This document shows positions 8,607 through 17,934 of a DNA stretch of 17,934 nucleotides, in pieces. The notes beneath the pieces are model-generated. The model was not told where the DNA came from, made no database searches, and saw only the letters and a program-made list of their open reading frames with translations. Numbering within the stretch: the stretch's first letter is position 1; each line of letters begins with the position of its first letter. The stretch is taken from positions 1 through 17,934 of the forward strand of contig JBHGNT010000676.1 in assembly GCA_043228905.1 (NCBI GenBank), in the 5' to 3' direction. The stretch comes from Azolla caroliniana. Taxonomy: Eukaryota; Plantae; Polypodiophyta. The position numbers and the translations under genes are program-made.

Positions 8607-11485
8607 TGCGTGACTCAGAGGATTGTGTCATGTCAGATTATGGAAAACTTTTGATACATATGCTAAATTGCACAAACTTGATTATCCGAAATGGTATAAA
8701 GGCATTCCCATTGACAAATGTGCTCACATGTTTACCATCCTTGGGTGGAGGAAGTGTGGTTGATTATGCATTAATGTTGGCATGTGATCTATCATTAGTG
8801 AATGTGTTTAAAGTTGGTTCTCTATCTCCAGACTCAGACCACAAGCCATTGTACTTAGAGCTTGCAATTCCACATTCCACTAGATGTCGTGAAGTGAAAG
8901 ACGAAAAGAGATGTATCATCCAACCTTGCTACGAAAAAGCTAAGATATATGCAAATGAAGTGGAGAACCATTTGTTAAAATTTTCTCTAAGCAACGATGT
9001 TAAAGAAAATTGGTAACATTTGAAGGATATAATCCTTAAGGTTGGATATCAATGCTTTAAGAGACATGTGGGTGGGCATAAGGTGTGTATTTTTCCATGT
9101 AATTCTTGGTTCGACGATGAATGTAAGATGTATCTCAAATGGTTTAAGTCCATAGAAGGGGGGAATGAAAAGATTATTGCATGGTACATATACAAGAAAG
9201 TAGTGAGGAGAAAGAAAAGAAGATATTTCCAAATGCAAGAGATGAAAAAGAAAAACTTGTTTAAGCTCAAACCAAAATTAGCATGGGGACAACTCAAGGG
9301 TAAGAAAGAAGATTTGAAAGGTCACTTTACAAATGAAGAGATGCTAGACTATGTACAAAGGTTATATATGCATGAAGGTGTGGCTCCTATGGTTGAGAAA
9401 ATTGAAACTCCATGCACTACATGTATCGATCTTGATGATGTCAATAAGGGAATAAAGAAGATGGCAAGTGGGAAAGCAGCTGATTCAACCTACGTCTCAA
9501 GTGAGCTTTTAAAATGGACAATGCCACACACTCGTCATTGGATGATGACAATTTTAGAGCAAGCTATAAAACAAGGATTTCCAAATGATTGGCTTATGAA
9601 TTGGATTAAACCAATATTTAAAGGCGGAGATAAGAATCAAGTAGCAAATTATCGTACAATAATGGTGAGCTCAACTATTGCCAAATTATATAGTACTATT
9701 ATGGAGCAAAAGATAAGCACATGGGTTGAGAGTACAAGCAAAAGAGCACTTGGGCAAGCCGGATTTAGACCAAAACACTCCACCGTGGATCATTTGGTCA
9801 CATTAAGAGTAATCAAGGAAGAGAGTCGACTACAAGGAAAAACACTTTATTGTTGTTTTGTTGATTTCAAGAAAGCTTTTGATACCATACCACGAATTGA
9901 GCTTTGGAATAGAATGGTAGACATTGACATGCCATTAGAGTACCGAGTTGCAGTTGCACGCCTATATGAACAAGTTAAATGCCAACTAAAAATGGATAGT
10001 GGATTCTCAAAGAGCTTTTTAAGTAACATGGGGGTCAAGCAAGGATGTCCACTATCACCCACACTCTTTGGCTTATGTATTGATAAATTAGAAGAAGTGG
10101 TGAATAAGGTTGCAAGAGAAGAAGGATTGAATGGCCCCAATTTGATGCAACATGTTATCTTATTGCTTCTATATGCAGATGATGTGGTACTCTTCTCATA
10201 TGATGTTGATAGTATGCAACATTTACTTGGGGTATTAGAAGAATTTTGCCATAGTAGTGGACTAGCAGTGAATGTGGAGAAAACAAAAATGATGGTAGTG
10301 CAAACCGCCCAACCTCATCATTACCCTACGCTCACATATAAAGGCGAACATATACAATTTGATCAAAGCTTTAAATATCTTGGTATTGATGTACCCGCCA
10401 CAAATAAATGGAGTGCATGCTTTGATTCTAGTCTCCAAGCCAGTTGGAAATCATATTACCTTTTGGAGAACCAATGCAACCAAAGTGATACTTGTGGATG
10501 GGAAGTAAAATTAATGTTGTTCAATGCCATGGTAACTCAAGTATTGCTTCATGGAGTAGAATCATGGGGTGGCACCATCTCTCTTAATGCATGGAACGAG
10601 ATTGACAAAATTCAAAAGATGTTTTTAAGGAGGCAATTAGGAGTTAAATGCACTACCTCTTACCAGGTTATGCTCTTAGAAACGGGTGTTCAACCCATAG
10701 AACTATTGGCACTCCAAAGAGTATATAAATACATTACAAAAATCAAGAATATGCCGAATCATCGATTACCACATCTTTCTTGGAATGTTCGATGTAAGCT
10801 ACAAAAGAATCATAAAAGTAAGATTCTCTCATCTGGTTGGGTTGTTGACATAAAGAAATGGTTTAGAAGATGGGGTGTGGATGATCTTTTAGAGCTTTTA
10901 GGCAATGTTATGCAATATGTAATGATTGAGGAAAGGTTGGTGGAATCATTAAGGATGAAGTGGGAGGATGCTAAGAGGACAAAGCTAGAATACTACATTG
11001 CAAATGTCAACCCTGAATGTTGGTCTCAATATAAAGCAAGAATGTCTATTGATCGTATCCAACCTTATCTCATTACCAATTTGAGTAGCAATGCTCGTAG
11101 AGCCCTTACACTACTTCGCACTCGATCTCGCAAGTTAGGTATTGAAGTTGCATCATGGAATCAAAATGTAACGAATTTGAAGACATGTAAAGTATGCAAT
11201 GAAGGCATGGTAGAGGATGAATGTCACTTGCTCTTCACATGCTCGACATATAGTGCAATTCGTTCAAGAAATGTTGACATACTAAGAGGGAGTGATAACT
11301 TAAGATCCATACTTAAGACACCACCTAGAAGGTTGAGCTCATATGTGTATGCTTTATTAACACATAGAGACTTTGTGCTTCAACATATGAATACCCCTTC
11401 TTAGGAAGGAGACATATATCAAGAACACATGTATATTCTGGTCCCATAGGTCAAAATTGGCCTCTTTATGGATGATAAAAATTCT

Positions 11486-11488
<3 letters not shown>

Positions 11489-11540
<52 letters not shown>
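11489..11540 (+). repeat. (TC)26 microsatellite at the LINE 3' end
   Basis: Read directly from the sequence. Confidence 0.95.
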
Positions 11541-11542
<2 letters not shown>

Positions 11543-11616
11543 GAGAGTTCTACACCCCTCTTAGTACTAATCTCATCTTTTAGTACTAATTCCATCTCTG
11601 TCTTAGTACTATTCCT

Positions 11617-12051
11617 GACAGTCGGTCCACGTTTGGATACATAATGACTTATGCAAGGGGAGTCGTCTCATGGCAGTCGAGGTTGCAAAAGGCCATGGCG
11701 TTGTCAACCACGGAAGTGGAGCATATGGTTGTAGTACAATCTGGCAATGAGATAATCTGAATGAAGGAGTTCGTCAGAGAGTTGGGGATTCGGCAGGAGG
11801 AATTCTGACTCTACTGCGACAACCAAAGTGTCATCCACCTTGCGAAGAATGTCGTCTACCACTCGAGGACCAATCACATCAAAAGGAGATACCAATGGCT
11901 CCGGGAACGGATAGAAGAAAAGGAGTTTGCTATGATGAAGATCCACACATCGGAGAATGGATCGCACATGCCGACGAAGGTGTTGCCGATAGAGAAGTTG
12001 GATGTGTGCCAGAAACGGGTCGGATTGACAAAGAATCCCATGCCAGAGTGA
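11617..12051 (+). pseudogene. Ty1/Copia RNase H fragment (Tnt1/Tork-like)
   Basis: RSTFGY...VSWQSRLQKAMALSTTEVE...LYCDNQSVIHLAKNVVYHSRTNHI...KIHTSEN, with two internal stops and a terminal TGA at 12049-12051. Confidence 0.92.
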
Positions 12052-12061
12052 AGGGGGAGCT

Positions 12062-12624
12062 TGTTGTGAAACATGTCCCTCCGAATGGGAAGTTGAGCAC
12101 GAGATGGATCAGTTGGATCCCATGAAGAAGCGAGACCAGATCCAGACGTGGATGGGATCCGGAGAGGTGTCCGAATTGGAGTTGGATAGGCATCCGAAAA
12201 AGGCCAAATCTGTAAATAGGTTTTGTTGCGCCTATTTGGGCCAGAATTGTAAATAGCCCTAAAGTTGTATTAGTATAAATACAACTAGGGCAAATCATTG
12301 TATAATGATGAATAGTTGTTGTTGGTAGTTGCCTCTGTAACTAAGAGTGTGTAGGAGAGTAAGAGTGAGTTGTAACTCTGTTGTAATCATCGTCTGACAA
12401 AGAGGACCTCAAGGTTGTTACATGTGAGTCTCTTGTTTATATCCTTCTCACCATAGTGATATAGTTCGGAGTTTGTGCATTGCCGTGATTTTTACCATCT
12501 AGGGTTTCCACGTAAAATACTTGTTTCTCCATCTCTTTATTTCCTATTTTGTTTATTGTTTTGTTGTCTTGCACTTTGTGTTCCTCATTTGCACAATTAA
12601 TTGGCTATGATTGGTTGCATATCC
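12062..12624 (+). mobile_element. Copia LTR following PPT GAGTGAAGGGGGAG; 3' end uncertain or truncated
   Basis: TGTTG start two bases after the PPT. TATAAATA at ~12274. GGGTTTCCACGTAAA motif. No clear CA+PBS end. Confidence 0.7.
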
Positions 12625-13136
12625 TCTAAAAAAGGACCAAGTTGGCGACCCATTCTACGAAGTGCATATTTCTCGGTTATGGAACTGATGGGGAGTTCAG
12701 ATACAAGTTATAAGATCCAGAAAATCGGAAATTGATCCGGAGCAGCAATGTAGTCTTCAACGAAGACTCAATTCTCTCTGTGTGATCCTAACCGAAAATC
12801 AACAAAAGAGTCACCTTTGATCTTTCCGAAGAAGAATTAGAAGTAGACATGCCGATCATTGAATTTGAGTCGGCTATTCAGAAAATTGTCGAAGCCACAC
12901 CAATCAGCCAACCCCTTGCCAAATCCGGATCGGCAAAAGGACCTACAACCGACTTTGAATCGGCTACACGATTGACCAAAACCAAAATGGTCAAGATGTC
13001 AAACAACCGATCCGAACCAGCAAAGGCATCAACACACCAGTCAATCACTCCCGAGGAAGAGGATGATCTGACACATACGCATGACAATTGCCATAGAAAA
13101 TCACCTCGACGAACTCCTTATGACAATGGTTCCAAT

Positions 13137-14249
13137 CATAGAACATAATATTCGTGTTCGTGCAAGCATTCAAACGTTTGGAAACGAACACGTTTGAAAT
13201 GGGAAAAATACGTGATCTTTTTTTTTTCTTTTTTTTCATTTATTTTCATTACAATTCAGCTCACCCTAGTGATAAGGAGTCATGCTATTGTTGTCTATGT
13301 CTTGGGTTTGATTCCCAATTTTGACATCTTTCTCTCTCTCTCTCTCATTAGTACCATTTTTATAGCAAAATTTTATATTAGTATATTATAATACTTTTTT
13401 TCTTTTCTATTTTTATTATTAAGCATGACCTAGTGGTAAGTTGTTATGCTACTATTACTTGTGTCTTGGGTTCAATTCCCAACTTTCTCATGTCCTCTTG
13501 TTAGTCTCATGGCAAAATTTTATGTTAGTGTCATGTTCCTTTTTGTTCTTTTTCTTTCTTTCTTTCTTTGTTATTAGAAATTAGGTCACCCTAGTGGTAA
13601 GTTGTTATGCTACTACTGCCTATGTCATGTTTTCTTCATATTCTCAAATATACGTTTTATGAGTTTTTTATCGTTTCTTTTTTTCTTTCTTTGTTATTAG
13701 AAATTAGCTCACCCTAGTGGTAAGTTGTTATGCTACTACTGCCTATGTCATGTTTTCTTCATATTCTCAAATATACGTTTTATGAGTTTTTTATCGTTTC
13801 TTTTTTTCTTTCTTTGTTATTAGAAATTAGCTCACCCTAGTGGTAAGTTGTTATGCTACTACTGCCTATGTCATGTTTTCTTCATATTCTCGAATATACG
13901 TTTTATGAGTTTTTGAACGTTTGATTATAATTTATAATGACATATTTTGATTCAATCTCTATAGTTCATACTCATGTTTTTGTAAAGTTTTAAAGTGAGG
14001 ATGATAGAGATGTCTTGATTCTTAAGAAACATCCCAAAAGTATGCATGTAATACAATGCAAATATTGCAACCAGACTTATGTTGGTGGTTCACAATGGAT
14101 TAGAATCCACTTATTGGGATTGAGAGTGAATCAATATATAATATAGACCATAGTCAATCCAATCCAACTTTGAGATTATTTACCATACACGTTTGATTGA
14201 ATCATTCTCGAATGCGAATGCGCGTATGATACGTATGGTTCATTCTATG
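13137..14249 (+). mobile_element. Non-autonomous hAT element (1113 bp) retaining a BED zinc-finger remnant
   Basis: TIR CATAGAA / TTCTATG. 8-bp TSD GTTCCAAT (13129-13136) / GTTCAAAT (14250-14257). VIQCKYCNQTYVGGSQWIRIHLLGL at ~14009-14130. Confidence 0.85.
13255..13914 (+). repeat. Array of five tRNA-like units; the last three form near-identical 123-bp tandem repeats
   Basis: CCTAGTG(G/A)TAAG at ~13266, 13430, 13591, 13714 and 13837. The first two units carry GGGTT(T/C)(G/A)ATTCCC B boxes. Confidence 0.8.
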
Positions 14250-14984
14250 GTTCAAATAATACCGATTGACTAGACCTGCCGATCGAAGAATTTGAACCAC
14301 TAAAATCGGCACCAAGGATATCTAGACGAGTCCGAAAGCTGTCAGAGTTTTATCAACCGGGCCTCGATTACGTCAATTACATAAATGCAGGTGAACCAAG
14401 CTCCTACAAGGAAGCTACAGTCACACCAAACGCCGACACATGGCTAGAAGCCATGCAATGTGAGATGGACTCGATCAAGGACAATAACACATGGGAGCCA
14501 GTTGAACCACCAACCCGATGGAAGGCACAACCCTGTTAGTGGGTCTACCGATACAAGTATGTATCAGGTTCGGAACAACCCAAGTACAAAGCTCGACTCG
14601 TCGCCAAAGGGTTTAAGCAAGAACACAGGGTTGACTATGATGAGATTTCCTCACCAGTAGTCAAGATCACCACCCTCCTGCTCCTTGGGATCATGGAGAG
14701 GGCTTGTATAAAAGTGCTCACTAAGCACAATCGTATGTACAGAGTGTTGTTATTTTTTTAATATAATTTTGTTGTCTACTCATCTCTCACTCTCTCTCAC
14801 TCTCTCCCTCTCTATGTATACCTTATTGTCCGCTGGTGTCTGGCTAACCCGGCTATGTCTTGTGTACAAGCTTCTGTGTACGCAACTCTTTTCAGTTTTT
14901 TTTTTTTTTAACAAAATATCCTTTCATTAGTTTTAAAAAAAACATATCGGCCACAATGCTATGTTTTCCGTAGAGATTGTGCAA

Positions 14985-16385
14985 CTATTGAAGCCAATCT
15001 ATCCCACAACACCTCCATCCATCACAAAATCTAAATTCATTTTTGTATGTACAAGCAATTCTCCCATGTTGCCACGGACTTTCAACATACCAAAAAATGT
15101 CATCATATAAGGTAAGAGGAAGCCACAAGCATTTGAGGATAAAATTGCATAGCATCCCCATTCTTATCATGCTCAGTATAGCCGAATAACATGGTAGTCC
15201 ATTGCACCATATCTCCAACCAACAATAATTCATCAAAGCTTTTGGGCTTCAATTATTGCTCATCAAATGCAAGCATTAACAACGTTGTAATGACTGACGA
15301 TGTTGATTTGAAGGGCTTGAATAATCCAAAATGCATTAAACAAGTGGTTGGTTGGTGGCTCATAAGTTTCACATCCATTGTTTACCCCACCCCAACTGAA
15401 AGATCATTGAATGTTTTTTGGGTTTTTTCAAGCTTGCCACATTTAGCATACATGTCCACGAAAGCATTCCCAAGCTCAATATTGTCTTCCAACAATCTCG
15501 TACTCACGATTTCATTGTGAATTTCTATGTCGTTATCAGCCACCACTACACTGTCACAAGCCTTTAGCAAACTTACAAGGGTGTTTGCATCCGGAGAAAG
15601 ACCATCATTTTGCATTTGTTCAAAAGGATTCCATGCTTCCTGGCCAAATCTATGCTGGGAATATCCTGAAATTAGCGCATTCCAAGAAGCCACAACCCGA
15701 ACCGGCAGCCCCTTGAGCACTTATTGTACTTTTCATCTTCACCACATTTGACATACATATCCACCAAAGCAGTATCTAGTTTCTGAACTTTACCGATCAA
15801 TCTTTCACTTACAATTTCACTGTGAATTTGCTCACCTCTATGTAAAGCCCCTATGCTTGAAGAAGCCTTCAATATGCAAATAGAGGTGATTGTATTTGAC
15901 AAGAAGTGATTCTGCTACATCCTCTTGAAATAAGTTTTAGCTTTGCTTCCTTCCCCTCACGGAACATATCCGAAGATCAAAACATTCCACAGACACAATG
16001 TCACGAACCCAAAGCTCATCAAACACTTCCTGCAAATTTTTGTAGCTCACCACATTTTGCATACATATCCACCAACACATTGTCGAGCTCGATATGCTTG
16101 TTTAAGCATTTCATATGGAAAATCTCTTGGTGGATTTGTTTCCCCCTATCTATTCCACATGCCTTCAAGATGCAAGTCAAAGTGATGCCTATCTATTTGA
16201 AACACTTCAATGCACCTTCATTGTGGCCATGCTGAGCATATCTTGAGATCAATGAATTCTATGAGACCAAATCTTGAATAGGAAGTTCATCAAACACCAA
16301 CTGAGCTTTTTCCCAATCATCACATTTGGCATACATGTCAACAAAAGTATTATCAAGCATAACATTATTTTCCAATAAACTTTTA
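14985..16385 (-). pseudogene. PLS-class pentatricopeptide repeat (PPR) pseudogene
   Basis: Repeated DMYAKCG..EKAQ..FD.L...D.VSWN.LISGY.QHG...EA...F.QM...G.SPD..T....LKAC motifs across several frames, with many stops and frameshifts. Confidence 0.92.
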
Positions 16386-17823
16386 CATCAAGATGCCAGT
16401 AAACGTATACAATATCTACCTATAGTCTTCGTACTTTCTCAATGTCTCCTAATTAAAATGTACATCTTGTTGTTGGTTGACTGGTTTTAGAGACAAATTG
16501 CACTTTGTATTTCGGATTGGATGTATGAGATTAAGCCACGATTAAGACTAAAACAATCCATGTATTTTTTAAATATAGTTAAAATCATTAGTAAAGCTAA
16601 AGAGGAAGATGGATCACAACATCATGAAGACTTTGGAAGCATCCCATGCACCCTTGAAGAATTAATCAAACATATTTTCACATGTGTTTGTTTCCATCAT
16701 TAACCCATGTTTGTGATAATGATAATACCTTGTGATTTAAGATATAGTTGGGACAAATAGCAAAGGAGGAGGATGGAGGATTGGAACATGATGACTTTTG
16801 CATATTCCCATGCACTCTTTAAGATTTTGTCACCACAATAAGTGCCTTCGAGAGAAGATTACAAGCACAAACATTGATGAAGAGTTCACCATGGATCACG
16901 AGGATAGTAAAGATACAATAGGAAGTGTGTTACCTCCTCATTTTAGGATATTGAGAAATGGTTTTGGCCCAAACCTTATTGCTACAAAGATTTTATGTAC
17001 AACACAACCCAAAAGGAAGTAAACAAAAGTGAACCTTTTTATGGGAATGATCACTTTATTACTTGAATATGTGTATGGGCTTTTAATCAATGTGATATGA
17101 AGCAGTGGAAGAATTTTAAAAAATTCAAGTGTCTAAACATCAATTTATGTGTCTGAATGATTATTGATTACCTCTAACCTTTTAGGTTTTTTAAGTGCCG
17201 CCCCATATTTGCTTACTCATACACTACCAAAGAGAAAACAATAGACCCAAAGTCCTGACATAAGGTAACAAATATTGTGCTAATATAGACAACTGTAACA
17301 CCATTCGGGTGATACTAGAGTCGGCACAAGATTGGTGGGAGGAGATGCATCAATATGATGAGAGACTTAAACTTCATGGAACAACATATCATTGGCCTGA
17401 ATCCAAACTGAAATTGTAACATGAAAAATTAACCCTTGAATGCAGAAAACCTTATGCTCTCAATGTTGAATTGGAAATGAAATCCTCGTGCCAAGAACCA
17501 TAATGCTCTGAGAAGAAACCCCATTGTGTAATGCTCTTAAGGAGAAGAAACCCTATTTGGGAGACTATGTTCAGGAAACCTATACTAAAGAGATCATAAT
17601 CTGAATAACAAACCATCCAAAGTCATCTTAAGTGATCTTACCATGAATAAAGGCTTCTGCTTTTCTGATCAATTGCCAACTTGAACATTTTTGTATCTTC
17701 TTCTTCTTCACTCTCTCTCTAGTGTAAAGATTTTGGAGTTGGGGTTTACAACAAAAAGGAAACAAATCCTACCAATTCTAGATACTTAAATCCAAACCCA
17801 ACAAAAAACATTAAAAATGCAAT

Positions 17824-17934
17824 AATTCTAGTTCGATATGAGACTGAATACTAGGAAGTCTAGTAAGTCTGAATACAAACCGAATTCTAGTAAGTCTGAA
17901 TTTAACACTGGCCATGCTTCAAGTTCGATATGAG
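17824..17934. repeat. Short imperfect direct repeats (CTAGTAAGTCTGAAT x2, AGTTCGATATGAG x2); probably the edge of another repeat element
   Basis: Read directly from the sequence; runs off the window end. Confidence 0.55.

Larger units (their letters stand above)
7419..11404 (+). pseudogene. LINE ORF2 (AP endonuclease-reverse transcriptase-zinc knuckle), split by a solo LTR and one in-frame stop at 9014-9016
   Basis: EN motifs WNCRG, LAETW, GDFNA, VDY, SDH. RT motifs FVDFKKAFD, GVKQGCPLSP, LLYADD, YLG. C-terminal CKVC...EDECHLLFTC. Removing 7968-8611 restores the frame (~1113 codons). Confidence 0.93.
7042..11540 (+). mobile_element. Non-LTR retrotransposon (LINE, RTE-X-like), 5'-truncated, with (TC)n 3' end
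   Basis: ORF1 remnant, then ORF2 with AP endonuclease, RT and C-terminal CxxC...EDxxH...C, then a short 3' UTR and (TC)26. The clade call is by motif recognition only. Confidence 0.88.
12618..14697 (+). pseudogene. Copia integrase C-terminus, linker and RT N-terminus, interrupted by a hAT element
   Basis: KRTKL...KCIFLGYGTDGEF.YKL.DPENRKLIRSSNVVFNE; EPSSYKEA...WLEAMQCEMDSIKDNNTW...WVYRYK...[12 protein letters not shown]...[11 protein letters not shown]. Confidence 0.9.

Noticed and set aside
8321-9016. 231-aa ORF with a hydrophobic N-terminus
   Set aside because: Chance fusion of solo-LTR sequence to the second half of the LINE endonuclease.
11558-11614. Three TTAGTACTA repeats after the LINE tail
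   Set aside because: Short local duplication with no further structure to interpret.
13255-13485. Functional tRNA genes (also at 6504-6577 and 8092-8162)
   Set aside because: Acceptor and anticodon stems do not pair convincingly. Only the A/B boxes and T-arm are retained.
17500-17582. Degenerate ~31-bp repeats (TAATGCTCT...GAGAAGAAACCC)
   Set aside because: Two to three weak copies with no termini or other supporting features.

Overview
Eukaryotic, repeat-dense window from a land plant, most likely a fern or other non-seed plant (inferred from the 26S rRNA variant, PLS-type PPR motifs and a Tcn1-like chromovirus). No intact host gene is present. It is a nest of decayed mobile elements. (1) The 3' half of a Ty3/Gypsy chromovirus (1-6803) is split by a ~4.2-kb patchwork insert and by a hAT MITE. 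The patchwork holds a Copia integrase scrap, the 3' end of 26S rDNA and an LTR/gag segment bracketed by a 76-bp direct repeat. (2) A nearly complete RTE-X-like LINE (7042-11540) is bounded by (TC)n tracts and interrupted by a solo LTR. (3) Copia fragments (11617-14697) carry a second hAT element with tRNA-like tandem units. (4) A PPR pseudogene lies on the minus strand. The most notable signals are antisense tRNA-like Pol III A/B-box cassettes inside two chromovirus-type LTRs that share a non-canonical CATCATT 3' end, apparent (TC)n targeting by the LINE, and the asymmetric LTR insertion with a 76-bp target duplication in an rDNA fragment. All family calls come from motif recognition by eye; no searches were run.
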